Assembly (NCBI GenBank): GCA_963700635.1
Contig: CAVOYH010000004.1
Span: 1 to 64,000, forward strand
Length of the DNA stretch: 64,000 nucleotides
DNA from: an uncultured Bacteroidota bacterium
GTDB taxonomy: Bacteria > Bacteroidota > Ignavibacteria > UBA10030 > UBA6906
Reading direction: 5' to 3'
Positions 9,464 through 19,344 of this stretch are shown in pieces. The position numbers were made by a program, and so were the translations under genes. The notes below the pieces were generated by a model, which worked only from the letters and a program-made list of their open reading frames with translations, did not search any database and was not told the DNA's origin. Every line of letters starts with the position of its first letter. Positions within the stretch are counted from its first letter, which is position 1.

Positions 9464-12141
9464 ATACCTACCATCTTGTCTCGCATTCCCACTGGGACCG
9501 CGAGTGGTATAAGACCTTTGAGCAGTTCCGGTCCATGCTCGTCAACATGGTTGACGATCTTATCACGCTTCTTGAGTCCGATCCGGAGTACCGGTGTTTC
9601 ACTCTGGACGGGCAAACGGTGATTCTGGACGACTATCTCGCCATCCGGCCGGAACGCGAAGCCACGTTACGCAATCTGGTGCAACAGGGGCGGCTGGTGA
9701 TTGGCCCCTGGTACATCCTCCCTGATGAATTCCTGGTGAGCGCCGAATCCACTGTCCGGAATCTTCTGCATGGCACTGCTGCCGCAAGGAGTTTCGGGGG
9801 AACGATGGATGTTGGGTACATTCCCGATAGTTTCGGACATATTGCCATGATGCCCTCGATTCTGAATGGGTTCGGCATTCCCACTGCTCTGGTGTATCGG
9901 GGTTTCGGCGGGGAACCGGACCAGCAGTCGTCGGAGTACTGGTGGCATGCGCCTGACGGCACCCGGTGTCTCATGGTGCATCTTTTCCGCCACGGGTACA
10001 GTGCCGGATACTTTCATCAGGAAACCGACGAAGAAATTCTCAAGAGGTTCAAAAGTCTGAAACAGGAAGTTGATGACCGGGCCACCACATCACACCGCCT
10101 TATCATGAACGGGGGGGATCATCACTGGCCGGATCCCCGTCTGCCTAAAACGCTCGATCTTCTGCGCGCACATGTTGAGGGCTCGTTCGTCCATAGCAGC
10201 GTGCCCGCATATGGTAATGCAGTTCGCCGCGAACTGGGTGACCTCCCCAATGTTTACGGCGAGCTTCGCTTCGGGTACCGGTATGCTTTCGCCGTCATGG
10301 GCGGTGTGTACTCCAGCAGGATGTATCTCAAACAAGCCAACTGGCGCGCCCAGCAGCTGCTCCAGCGGTACGCGGAGCCCCTGAATGTTCTGGGTGTTCA
10401 ATCGGGAATGAACTCCCAGCTTCCACTGCTCAAACATGCCTGGCGGACGCTCATGCAGAATCATCCGCACGACAGTATTTGCGGCTGCAGCATTGATCCG
10501 GTGCATCGTGAGATGATGACCCGTTTCAGAGCGGTTGAAGATATCGGCAGCAGCGTTGTTGAGTCAGGGCTTCAATCGCTGCTCCCGTATGATGACCGTG
10601 CAGCAGGCGACGACCGTTTTCTCTTTTTTGTGAATCCGTCACCCGTCTCCCGCTCCGAGGTGTCTGCTGCAGATGTGCGCTTCTACCTGCAGGACATCGT
10701 GGTGGGTCTGAATCCGGATGTACGTGTGGCACCCAAATTGCCGCCGGTCAAGGGTTTTGGATTGTTCGATGAACACGGGCGGGAGGTCCCCATCCAGATC
10801 GTGGAGCGATCCGAGGACTACGACATTACCTATACCCGCTACAACTACCCCAAACAGACCTATGCAGAACGGTTTGCTGTGCTCGTGGATACCCGCGATG
10901 TGCCCCCGATAGGGTTCCGTGGATACACGATTCGTAAAAGCAAGAAATTCTCGCGCTTTCCCACGACCCTGAAAACCGGACCCCGTTTTATCGAAAACGC
11001 CTTTCTTCGCGCTGACGTGAGGGGGAATGGGGAGATCGTTCTCACCGATAAGACCACAGGGAGAGTCATGCGGGGTTTGCACGTCCTTGAGGATACGGGA
11101 GATGTAGGAGATGAGTACAACTACTCGTACCCGAAGCGGGACCTTCGTGTGACTTCAGCGCGCAGCAGAGCCCGGGTGAAGCGCACAGAGCGGGGACCAT
11201 TGCGGGTCGCGCTTTCGGTCAGCCTGAGGATGTCTGTTCCTGAATGCGCGACGCCCGACCGGCGCGGCCGCAGTACGAAACGTGTCCCGCTTTCCATCAC
11301 ATCAACTCTCTTTCTGACGCCATCGTCGCGTTCACTTCTTGTCGAAACCGATGTGACCAATACGGCAAAGGATCACCGCCTCCGGATCCTGTTCAGTTCG
11401 GGAATCAATACGGACGCGGTTCTTGTGGACAGCCAATTCGCCGTTGTGGAACGGACACAGAAAACATACCAGACCAGAGACTTCGCGATAGAACAACCCG
11501 CGGCCGTGGCTCCGATGCAGAGGTTCGTCGGGGTACACGATCAGGAGAACGGGCTGGTCCTCTTTACGGACGGACTGCCGGAATATGAACTCCTGTTGGA
11601 CGGGAAAGGGACGATCGTATTGACGCTCCTCCGGTGTGTCGGTCTGCTTGCCGGTGAGGACTTGCTGACGCGTCCGGGAGGAAAAGCGGGCTGGCATAAT
11701 GAAACCCCGGAGGCCCAGTGTCCCGGAACCCACCGGTTCCGTTACGCCCTGCTTCCCGTTTCGGCACAGGACATGGCCACCGGGACTCTGCTCAACGCCG
11801 AATCAGAACGATTCCATGCGCCATTGCTGCCGGTCCGGCGCAAGAACGCCGATCCTCTTCCCCTGTCCCATTCGTTCCTGTCGTGCGAAACCGGACGTCT
11901 GACCTTTAGTGCCCTCAAGGAGTCGGAGGATGGCACCGCGATGATTCTCAGACTCTATAATGTGACGGGGGATAGTTGTGAGGAAACCCTTCGTTTCGCG
12001 AATCGGATCCGGGTTGCAGAACGGGCCCGGCTTGACGAAACCCCGTGCGGTGCGCTCAGCGTTGAGGACGGATCCACAATCAGGATCGTTGTGGCGCCTG
12101 CAGAGCTTGTCACGCTGCGTTTGATATTCCAGCGTCCGTAG
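9460..12141 (+). CDS. GH38 alpha-mannosidase (MngB/mannosylglycerate-hydrolase-like), cytoplasmic
   Basis: HSHWDREWY, FTLDGQ, IGPWYILPDEFLVSAES, PDSFGH, NHPHDSICGCSIDPVH, DVGDEYNY, LTLLRCVG. Confidence 0.93.
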   Translation: MNTYHLVSHSHWDREWYKTFEQFRSMLVNMVDDLITLLESDPEYRCFTLDGQTVILDDYLAIRPEREATLRNLVQQGRLVIGPWYILPDEFLVSAESTVRNLLHGTAAARSFGGTMDVGYIPDSFGHIAMMPSILNGFGIPTALVYRGFGGEPDQQSSEYWWHAPDGTRCLMVHLFRHGYSAGYFHQETDEEILKRFKSLKQEVDDRATTSHRLIMNGGDHHWPDPRLPKTLDLLRAHVEGSFVHSSVPAYGNAVRRELGDLPNVYGELRFGYRYAFAVMGGVYSSRMYLKQANWRAQQLLQRYAEPLNVLGVQSGMNSQLPLLKHAWRTLMQNHPHDSICGCSIDPVHREMMTRFRAVEDIGSSVVESGLQSLLPYDDRAAGDDRFLFFVNPSPVSRSEVSAADVRFYLQDIVVGLNPDVRVAPKLPPVKGFGLFDEHGREVPIQIVERSEDYDITYTRYNYPKQTYAERFAVLVDTRDVPPIGFRGYTIRKSKKFSRFPTTLKTGPRFIENAFLRADVRGNGEIVLTDKTTGRVMRGLHVLEDTGDVGDEYNYSYPKRDLRVTSARSRARVKRTERGPLRVALSVSLRMSVPECATPDRRGRSTKRVPLSITSTLFLTPSSRSLLVETDVTNTAKDHRLRILFSSGINTDAVLVDSQFAVVERTQKTYQTRDFAIEQPAAVAPMQRFVGVHDQENGLVLFTDGLPEYELLLDGKGTIVLTLLRCVGLLAGEDLLTRPGGKAGWHNETPEAQCPGTHRFRYALLPVSAQDMATGTLLNAESERFHAPLLPVRRKNADPLPLSHSFLSCETGRLTFSALKESEDGTAMILRLYNVTGDSCEETLRFANRIRVAERARLDETPCGALSVEDGSTIRIVVAPAELVTLRLIFQRP

Positions 12142-12152
12142 AGCGCGGTGCG

Positions 12153-12180
12153 GCCCGACGCGCGCGCGGGCATAGTATTT
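12153..12180 (+). terminator. Possible GC hairpin (weak terminator or attenuator) after the GH38 gene
   Basis: GCCCG-ACGCGCGCG-CGGGC followed by ATAGTATTTT, in one of the few intergenic gaps of the operon. Confidence 0.3.
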
Positions 12181-12224
12181 TCAGAATTCACAATCCCATC
12201 TGATTGCAGAAAGGACGGCAGACA

Positions 12225-13121
12225 GTGAAGATTGCCCAGTACGAAAGCGAACATGGTTATTTTATCGGACTCGACCTGGATGGAACATGGATCAACTACA
12301 GCAAAGCCAGCACGGCGTATTATGCGCTGACCCATGAACTGGCGCTCCTTCCACGTCCGACGATCGCGACCCTTCTGGACCGCGGACAGTTTGACGTGGA
12401 TGAGTTCCGCGCGGTTGCCGCGTTCGTGAAAAAACACCGGCTGCAGCGCGCCGTTGCAATGCCCCGGGAAGTGCTGCTCCGTGCGCCCGTCATGCGCCCG
12501 GGAAAAATTATCGCACTCGGACTAAATTACGCTCTACATGTGAAGGAAGGAACACTGGCAAAACCCAAAGAGCCGGTGATCTTCATGAAGGCGGGTTCAT
12601 CCGTCATCGATCCCGGCGAGCCCATCCGGATTCCACGCGGACTTGGCCGGATGGATCACGAGGTAGAATTGGCTGTGGTTATCGGCAGGAAGGCGAGTGG
12701 TGTAAAACGGCGAAACGCCTATGCGTACGTCGCCGGGTATACAATCTGCAATGACGTGACGGCGCGTGATCTGCAGACGCAGGACATCAACAGCCGTTAT
12801 CCCTGGTTCCGGACGAAGAGTTTTGACACGTTTACGCCGCTCGGGCCCTGGATCGTGACGACGGACGCCATCCGCCAGCCTGTCCGTCTGGATGTCGAAT
12901 GCCGTGTAAACGGCAGAAAGCGCCAGCATTCAAATACCAGGCATCTGCTGTTCGATATTCCGACGATCATTGAGTATATCAGCAAGTACATTACGCTGGA
13001 ACCGGGGGATATTATCTCAACCGGCACGCCGGAAGGAATCGGCCGAATTACACACGGGGATACCGTCGCCTGCCGTATTCAACAGATTGGCGAATTGAAA
13101 AACCCGGTCAAATATAAATGA
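12225..13121 (+). CDS. Fumarylacetoacetate hydrolase (FAH) family protein
   Basis: GKIIALGLNY, DHEVELAVVIG, NDVTARD, KSFDTF, PGDIISTGTPEG; GTG 12225 downstream of AAAGGA. Confidence 0.9.
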   Translation: MKIAQYESEHGYFIGLDLDGTWINYSKASTAYYALTHELALLPRPTIATLLDRGQFDVDEFRAVAAFVKKHRLQRAVAMPREVLLRAPVMRPGKIIALGLNYALHVKEGTLAKPKEPVIFMKAGSSVIDPGEPIRIPRGLGRMDHEVELAVVIGRKASGVKRRNAYAYVAGYTICNDVTARDLQTQDINSRYPWFRTKSFDTFTPLGPWIVTTDAIRQPVRLDVECRVNGRKRQHSNTRHLLFDIPTIIEYISKYITLEPGDIISTGTPEGIGRITHGDTVACRIQQIGELKNPVKYK

Positions 13122-14221
13122 ACATTGATGGTGTTACGCTGACGCATGTCCGGATCCCGCTGCTCGAGCCGTTCCGCATCAGCAATGGCGCTATTGACGA
13201 GAAGGATGGTATCCTGGTCGGTATCCGGGCAGACGGGCTGACAGGGTACGGCGAGTCATCTCCGATGTCCGGTTCGTTCTACTCGGCCGACACGCCGGAG
13301 ACTTGCTGGAGTGATCTGACCGAAAGAATTGTGCCTGCCCTCCTCGCGACGCCGGCACCCACCCGGGATCACGTCAACCGGATTCTCTCCACACTTCCGG
13401 TGAGTCCGTTTTCCCTGGCAGGCGTGGATTGTGCGCTCTGGGACCTGGAGGCACAACTCCAGGGAGTGCCACTCTACAGACTTCTGGGAGGGACCCGCTC
13501 ATCGGTGGAGGCCGGTCTGGCGGTGGGCATCTATCCTTCTATCCCCGAGCTGCTGCACTGTATCGAGCGCTATCTGATCGAAGGGTATAAGCGGGTAAAG
13601 ATCAAGATTCAACCCGGTTGGGACCGCGGCCCCCTGAACGCCGTTCGCAAAGAATTTGGCGCCATTCCGCTTATGGTGGACGCCAACTGCGCGTACACGC
13701 AGGACGACATCACGCTGCTAAAAAGTCTGGACGATTTTGATCTTGTGATGATCGAACAACCGCTGCCATTGTCTGATCTCGAAGGACACGCCCGTTTGCA
13801 GGCCGCCGTGAAGACCCCGGTTTGCCTGGATGAAAGTGCAGAACATGTAACGGCGGTCAGGAAGGCGATAACTCTGGGCGCATGCAGGATCGTGAACATC
13901 AAGATTCAGCGGGTGGGAGGCCTCACGGCCGCGCTGGCGATCCATGACCTCTGCAGGGAAGCGGGAATCCCGGTGTGGGCGGGAACGATGCCGGAACTCG
14001 GTATTGGTTCAAATCAGACGGTCCATCTCGCCACGCTGCCCAACTTCCTCTACCCGACGGACGTACAGTCGTCGGCACGATGGTTCGTGGACGATATTAT
14101 TACACCTGCGTTGAAGGCGGAAAAGGGTCTGCTCTCTATTCCGGATGGAACGGGAAACTGTGTCGGGGTTGATAGGCGTGTCATCGCGCGATACTCCGTG
14201 CGGGAGGAGAGCTTCCCATGA
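13118..14221 (+). CDS. menC: o-Succinylbenzoate synthase / N-acylamino acid racemase (NSAR/OSBS subfamily, enolase superfamily)
   Basis: KIKIQPG (KxK), metal ligands DAN, EQP and DES, NIKIQRVGG. No men genes are nearby, so a racemase role is more likely than menaquinone synthesis. Confidence 0.82.
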   Translation: MNIDGVTLTHVRIPLLEPFRISNGAIDEKDGILVGIRADGLTGYGESSPMSGSFYSADTPETCWSDLTERIVPALLATPAPTRDHVNRILSTLPVSPFSLAGVDCALWDLEAQLQGVPLYRLLGGTRSSVEAGLAVGIYPSIPELLHCIERYLIEGYKRVKIKIQPGWDRGPLNAVRKEFGAIPLMVDANCAYTQDDITLLKSLDDFDLVMIEQPLPLSDLEGHARLQAAVKTPVCLDESAEHVTAVRKAITLGACRIVNIKIQRVGGLTAALAIHDLCREAGIPVWAGTMPELGIGSNQTVHLATLPNFLYPTDVQSSARWFVDDIITPALKAEKGLLSIPDGTGNCVGVDRRVIARYSVREESFP

Positions 14222-15226
14222 ATCTGACGACCCGCTTCGCCGGACTGTTGTCTACGCAGCCCGGTTATTGTGGGATCCGGTCCTGCAAGCCATGACGTGA
14301 ATCAAATCCGCCTGGCCGAAGAACATGGTGCAGGCGGGGTGGTGCTCAAGACGGCGGTGTCGGACAAGTTTGCCCACATGCGATGCTGGCCCCGCCCCCG
14401 GTACAAACTCCTTGACTGGGACAAACAGATTGCCGGCCGTTCGCGGCAATTCTCGCTGTATTCCTATGAGCAGGGGTACAGCGGCACCCTTGAGGATTAC
14501 TGGACATTCATCCGGGCCTGCAAGGACCGTGCGACCATACCGATCATCGGGAGTATCTTCGCCGATATTCCCGAAGAGTGGCGTGATATGGCGCTCCGCG
14601 TTGAAGCATGCGGGGCGGATGCACTCGAATTAGACATTTCATCTCCCCATCGTCCCGAGAGTCTTGAATTTGATACGACATTCGTTGCGGCAATTACCGC
14701 TGTGGTGAAGGCGGTCCAGATCCCGGTTCTGGTTAAACTCGGGTCCGGTGCCGACGTTGTCAGGCAGGCCCTCGCCGCGGAACAGTGTGGCGCTGCCGCA
14801 GTTACATTGTGCAACAGGTTCAGGGGCATCGACGTTGACGTGGAGAGTCAGCGCCCGATTCTCCACGGCTCGTACGCCGGAATCGGCGGGCCGTGGGCCA
14901 AGTACCACACGATGCGTCATGTCGCAGAGGTTGCCCAGGCAACCCGGCTTCCGATCAGCGGTACAGGAGGGGTGATGAGTGGAGAGGATGTAATCAAGTA
15001 TTCCCTGATCGGGGCGACAGCAGTGCAGATTCTCTCTGTGATCATGGTGAACGGATGGGAGTCCATTACGCGGATCAACGCAGAAATCGCATCGTACCTT
15101 TCGGGGCGGGGGGAAGTGACGATGGATGCCATACGGGGAAGGGCGCTGGCCTCTCTTACTCCCCCTGACCAGATTGTCCGCTGGTCCGGGGAATCCACAG
15201 ACGGTCCTCGCAATATCTGGAAGTAA
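14218..15226 (+). CDS. Dihydroorotate/dihydropyrimidine dehydrogenase-like FMN protein (PreA/PyrD class 1-like); +1 frameshift near 14250
   Basis: ATGA overlap at 14218 gives MNLTTRFAGL, continuing out of frame as LRSPVIVGSGP; GAGGVVLKT, PIIGSI, PVLVKL, ISGTGGV, GATAVQ. Confidence 0.8.
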
Positions 15227-15234
15227 GAGAACGT

Positions 15235-16158
15235 ATGCCCGAACCTCGAGGAAAATACCGGGGCCTGGACCCCCTGCCACCTGTTTTTGTGCGGGAGTTC
15301 CCTCCCGTGGCTCAGGTTATCGAAGAAACCTGTATTGCCTGCGACCGTTGTCCTCCACTCTGTTTTTTTGATGCCATCGTGATGGAAGAACGGCAGGGTC
15401 ACCAGCATGGCCGGACAGCGGTAGTGGTGACGAACAATTGCACAGGCTGCGGACTTTGTTTCGAGGCGTGTCCGGTGGACACGATTGTCTGGGTGCCGGA
15501 TACAAGAGCCCAATCTGCCAAGACCCGGGAGCGCGGCGTGATCGTTATTGATCTTACTCATCCGATATCCTCTTCGATTCCTGTCTACTTCCCGTGGCAT
15601 CCCCCGACAGTGATCGAAGAGACCGCGCACTATGAGGAAAATCTCTGCCAGGTCCATCGGGTGAGTATGGGAACCCACACCGGAACGCATATTGATGCCC
15701 CCAGTCATATTTTTGCCGGGGCGTTGACATTGGACCAGTATGATCCTCATCTCTGGATCAGCGAGGCACAGGTGCTCGATTTTACGCCACGGATGGCCGG
15801 CCAGCATATTGATGTAGCAGAGCTGCGGGCGAAGAAGATCCGACAGGGTATGAGTGTAATCATCAAAACGGGGTGGTCTCAATTTTTTGGTCAAACGGAC
15901 TATTACAGGACCTATCCACCCTTGACGAATGCTGCAGCCGGGTACCTCGTTGAATCCGGAGTTCCGCTGGTAGCCGCCGATACGCCGTATACTCTGGATG
16001 TTCATCGGATATTGTTACAACACAACATCCCGCTCGTGACAAACATCAACAATACAGACCGCCTGACCGAAGGGTTTGTCCGGCTCTTCGCTGCTCCGCT
16101 GTTGATTGCTGGTGGCGACGGAGCCCCGGCGCGCGTCTTTGCTCTTCTGGAGTCCTGA
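15235..16158 (+). CDS. 2x[4Fe-4S] ferredoxin domain joined to a cyclase/kynurenine-formamidase-family domain (possibly two genes, cyclase from GTG 15538)
   Basis: CIACDRCPPLC and CTGCGLCFEACP; then IDLTHPI, HTGTHIDAPSH, IIKTGW, GGDGAPARVFA. Confidence 0.8.
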   Translation: MPEPRGKYRGLDPLPPVFVREFPPVAQVIEETCIACDRCPPLCFFDAIVMEERQGHQHGRTAVVVTNNCTGCGLCFEACPVDTIVWVPDTRAQSAKTRERGVIVIDLTHPISSSIPVYFPWHPPTVIEETAHYEENLCQVHRVSMGTHTGTHIDAPSHIFAGALTLDQYDPHLWISEAQVLDFTPRMAGQHIDVAELRAKKIRQGMSVIIKTGWSQFFGQTDYYRTYPPLTNAAAGYLVESGVPLVAADTPYTLDVHRILLQHNIPLVTNINNTDRLTEGFVRLFAAPLLIAGGDGAPARVFALLES

Positions 16159-17312
16159 TGGGAGCGAGCATCCGGGCCGAACCCATCGTGCGGCTACTTG
16201 CCGATCTTGTTCGCATCCCCAGCATCAATCCGATGGGCCGCGCGCTCTCGGGAACGATGTATTCCGAAGCCGCCATTGCCGGATATGTTGAGGTCTACCT
16301 CCGGAAGCACGGGATCGATGTGCAGGTGTCAGAGTATACCCCTGGCCGGCCGAACGTGCTGGGGTACGTTGACGTCGGTGCCGCGCGAACCATCATGCTT
16401 GAAGCGCATCTTGATACCGTGCAGGCAGACGGGATGCTGGTTGACCCTTTTGGGGGGGAGATCGTTGGTGACAATTTGTATGGCCGGGGTGCATGTGACA
16501 CCAAGGGCTCGCTCGCAGCGTTTCTTTCAGCGGTTACCAGTGTCCTCCAACGTCCGCGGGAATTGCTTCATAATGTGGTCATCGTTGCGGCGGCAGATGA
16601 GGAGTACCAGTTTTCAGGAGCCCGCCACGTGCTGAATGCAGGAGTCCGTGCGGATTGTGGAATTGTCGGTGAACCCACCATGCTCCGGATTGTCCGTGCA
16701 CACAAGGGTGTTACGCGGTGGTATATGGACACTGTCGGGAAGACGGCACATTCCGCTTATCCGGATCTCGGGGAGAATGCCATCTACCGCATGGGGGCAC
16801 TCCTGGTCCGCCTGGAACAATATGCGCGGGACCTCCTCGCGCAGAAGCCCCACGCGCTCCTGGGCACGCCGAGTCTCAGCATCGGCAGAATTGAAGGTGG
16901 GCAGGCCGTAAACATTGTGCCCGATCGATGCCGGATTGAGATTGACAGGCGGACGTTGCCGCAGGAGCATCCGGACGAAACGATGCGCGATTTCAGAACC
17001 ATGCTCAAGAACATACCCCACTGGGAGATGAGCGAACCGTATCTTGCAGTGCCCGGCATGGATGTGCCCGGAGACGCTCCCGTCGTTCAAAGTCTTGCCC
17101 GGGCAATCCGGAGCGTGACCGGTGAAGCTGTTGTCGAGGGAGCGTCGTACGCGACGGATGCGGGTCTGTATAATAGCGCAGGCATCCCGACTGTGGTATT
17201 CGGGCCGGGTGCGATCGCGGATGCCCACACGGCGAACGAACATATCTCTCTTGATGAGCTTCAGAACGCAGACTACATCATTCAGAATCTTCTCACATCG
17301 AGCCTTGTATGA
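16158..17312 (+). CDS. M20 family metallo-amidohydrolase (ArgE/DapE-like deacylase)
   Basis: EAHLDTV, GRGACDTKG, ADEE, GEPT, TAHSA, AHTANE. Confidence 0.9.
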   Translation: MGASIRAEPIVRLLADLVRIPSINPMGRALSGTMYSEAAIAGYVEVYLRKHGIDVQVSEYTPGRPNVLGYVDVGAARTIMLEAHLDTVQADGMLVDPFGGEIVGDNLYGRGACDTKGSLAAFLSAVTSVLQRPRELLHNVVIVAAADEEYQFSGARHVLNAGVRADCGIVGEPTMLRIVRAHKGVTRWYMDTVGKTAHSAYPDLGENAIYRMGALLVRLEQYARDLLAQKPHALLGTPSLSIGRIEGGQAVNIVPDRCRIEIDRRTLPQEHPDETMRDFRTMLKNIPHWEMSEPYLAVPGMDVPGDAPVVQSLARAIRSVTGEAVVEGASYATDAGLYNSAGIPTVVFGPGAIADAHTANEHISLDELQNADYIIQNLLTSSLV

Positions 17313-18244
17313 TTCTCGGGTTTGACATAGGCGGTACGAAGAGTGCTGCCATCCTTGGAACCGACCGGGGGGAAATCCGGCTGAGGAAGGAGATCGCCAC
17401 CCGGGCACCACGCGGGTTTCAGCCGGTGTTTGACGACCTGTGCGTGCTGGGTCGTGACGTTGCAGCCGGGACCGGTGGGGAACCCATCGAGGCGATCAGT
17501 GTCTCCATCGGCGGACCGCTGGATGTCTTACGAGGCATTATTCTCTCACCACCAAATCTCCCCGGTTGGGATCAGATTCCGCTGAAGGTCCTTCTGGAAA
17601 AACACTTTAACCTTCCGGTATTTATCGAGCACGACGGCAATGCGGGCGCGCTTGCCGAGTGGATGTTCGGTGCCGGACAGGGAATGGTGAACCTGGTGTT
17701 TCTGACCATGGGCACGGGTTTTGGCGCGGGACTGATTCTTGACGGCCGGTTGTACCGGGGCACGAGTGATGTTGCGGGCGAGGCGGGACACATCCGGATT
17801 GCCGAAGATGGACCCGTCTGTTACGGCAAGGCCGGGTCGCTGGAAGGGTACGCAAGCGGGACGGGTATTGCCCGCCTCGCACACCTGCTCCATCCTGCGC
17901 TCTGGAAGGAAGACGTGACGCTCCGTCAGATCGCGGACGAGGCGAGAGCCGGTTCTGCCGGAGCACTGCAGGTATTTGAAATTGCCGCCCTGCATTTCGG
18001 GCGCGGACTCGCGATGATCATGGACATGCTTAATCCCCAGATGATCATTCTTGGCGGGGTGGGGATGCGCCTGAACGAACTTCTTGTCGCTCCTGCGCTC
18101 GAAGTGGCACAGCGTGAGGCGTTGCCCCGGGCCTGGGAGTCATGTCAGGTTGTTCCCGCCAGACTCGGAGAGGCGATTGGAGATTATGCGTCGCTCTGTG
18201 CAGCGCTTGATCAGGGGAAATTACTTGCGAAGAGAGAACCATGA
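17309..18244 (+). CDS. ROK family sugar kinase
   Basis: GFDIGGTK, PPNLPGW, EHDGNAGALAE, GTGFGAG, GEAGHI; no HTH domain. Confidence 0.9.
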   Translation: MILGFDIGGTKSAAILGTDRGEIRLRKEIATRAPRGFQPVFDDLCVLGRDVAAGTGGEPIEAISVSIGGPLDVLRGIILSPPNLPGWDQIPLKVLLEKHFNLPVFIEHDGNAGALAEWMFGAGQGMVNLVFLTMGTGFGAGLILDGRLYRGTSDVAGEAGHIRIAEDGPVCYGKAGSLEGYASGTGIARLAHLLHPALWKEDVTLRQIADEARAGSAGALQVFEIAALHFGRGLAMIMDMLNPQMIILGGVGMRLNELLVAPALEVAQREALPRAWESCQVVPARLGEAIGDYASLCAALDQGKLLAKREP

Positions 18245-19344
18245 CGACACGTTATCCGCACATTCCATTTGAAGGTGCCCGCCCCGATGTCGAGCAGTTC
18301 GTCGAGTCGTTACTGGGACGCCGCTCCCTGCACCGGGCCCCGTTGATCGAATACATTGTCGATGATGTTGTAATGCAGCCCATCCTGGAGCAGATGATGG
18401 GACGCAGGTGGATACCCTGGGGGCCAACACGCGAAGACATAACCGGATATTTAGACAACATGATCGTGTTCTGGAAGGGGATGGGGTATGACTTTGTGCG
18501 CTTTGAACAGAGCCTTGCGTTGCCCGAAAACCTGACGATTATTCCCGATGCAGCGCCCGGCTCGTCGAAACAGCGCGCCTGGCCTGATGAGCACCACGGG
18601 GCCATCACCTCGTGGGAGGAGTTTGAGCGATATCCCTGGCCGCGCGTTGAAGAATTTGATTTCTTCCCGTTCGAGTATCTGAATCAGCACCTTCCTGATG
18701 GCATGGGACTGATCAGCAGTCATGGCGGGGGGATGTTCGAGCACCTTTCCTGGATAATGTCCTTCGAGGGTCTCTGTACCGCGCTGTACGAGGCTCCTGA
18801 TCTCGTAAAGGCCATAGCCGACCGGCTTGGAAATCTTATGGTCCCGTTCTACCGGCATCTCCTTGATCTCGACCGGCTTGCCGTTGTCTTCCCCGGTGAT
18901 GATATGGGGTATCGTTCCTCGACCATGATATCCCCTCGCGACCTGCGCACGCACATTCTGCCGTGGCACAAACAATTTGCGGCAATGGCTCATGCCCGAT
19001 CGATTCCGTATTTCCTGCATTCGTGCGGGAACATCTTTTCCCTCATGGATGACCTGATCGATGATGTGGGCATTGACGGCAAGCACTCTTTCGAGGACGC
19101 CATCCTCCCTGTCGAGGAGTTCCAGCGGCGGTACGGTCAGCGTGTTGCTGTTCTCGGGGGGGTGGATATTAACATCCTCTCCGGCAAACCACCGGAAGAA
19201 GTCCGCGCCCGGGTACATGAACTGATCCTTACATGCGGACCTGCCGGTCGATATGCGATCGGGTCCGGCAATTCTGTTCCGAGTTATGTGCCGGTCGAAA
19301 ATTATCTCACAATGATAGACGAAGCTCATGCAATTGAATTCTGA
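18241..19344 (+). CDS. Uroporphyrinogen decarboxylase / MtaA-CmuA family protein
   Basis: GDDMG, ISP, LHSCGN, GGVD, GSGNS pattern of the UroD/MetE-like TIM barrel. Confidence 0.82.
   Translation: MTTRYPHIPFEGARPDVEQFVESLLGRRSLHRAPLIEYIVDDVVMQPILEQMMGRRWIPWGPTREDITGYLDNMIVFWKGMGYDFVRFEQSLALPENLTIIPDAAPGSSKQRAWPDEHHGAITSWEEFERYPWPRVEEFDFFPFEYLNQHLPDGMGLISSHGGGMFEHLSWIMSFEGLCTALYEAPDLVKAIADRLGNLMVPFYRHLLDLDRLAVVFPGDDMGYRSSTMISPRDLRTHILPWHKQFAAMAHARSIPYFLHSCGNIFSLMDDLIDDVGIDGKHSFEDAILPVEEFQRRYGQRVAVLGGVDINILSGKPPEEVRARVHELILTCGPAGRYAIGSGNSVPSYVPVENYLTMIDEAHAIEF

Noticed and set aside
13118-14221. Menaquinone biosynthesis locus
   Set aside because: No menB/D/E/F/H nearby; the context with an M20 deacylase favours the racemase function.
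14917-16005. Long antisense ORFs (also 18451..19545, 23457..24329, 24399..25307, 46558..47325, 48474..49280, 61238..62185)
   Set aside because: They shadow well-supported genes on the opposite strand in GC-rich DNA and show no motifs or SD sites.
18241-19344. Heme-pathway hemE
   Set aside because: It lacks the N-terminal W-x-MRQAGR motif of true UroD and no hem genes are adjacent; the same holds for the other two UroD-family genes.
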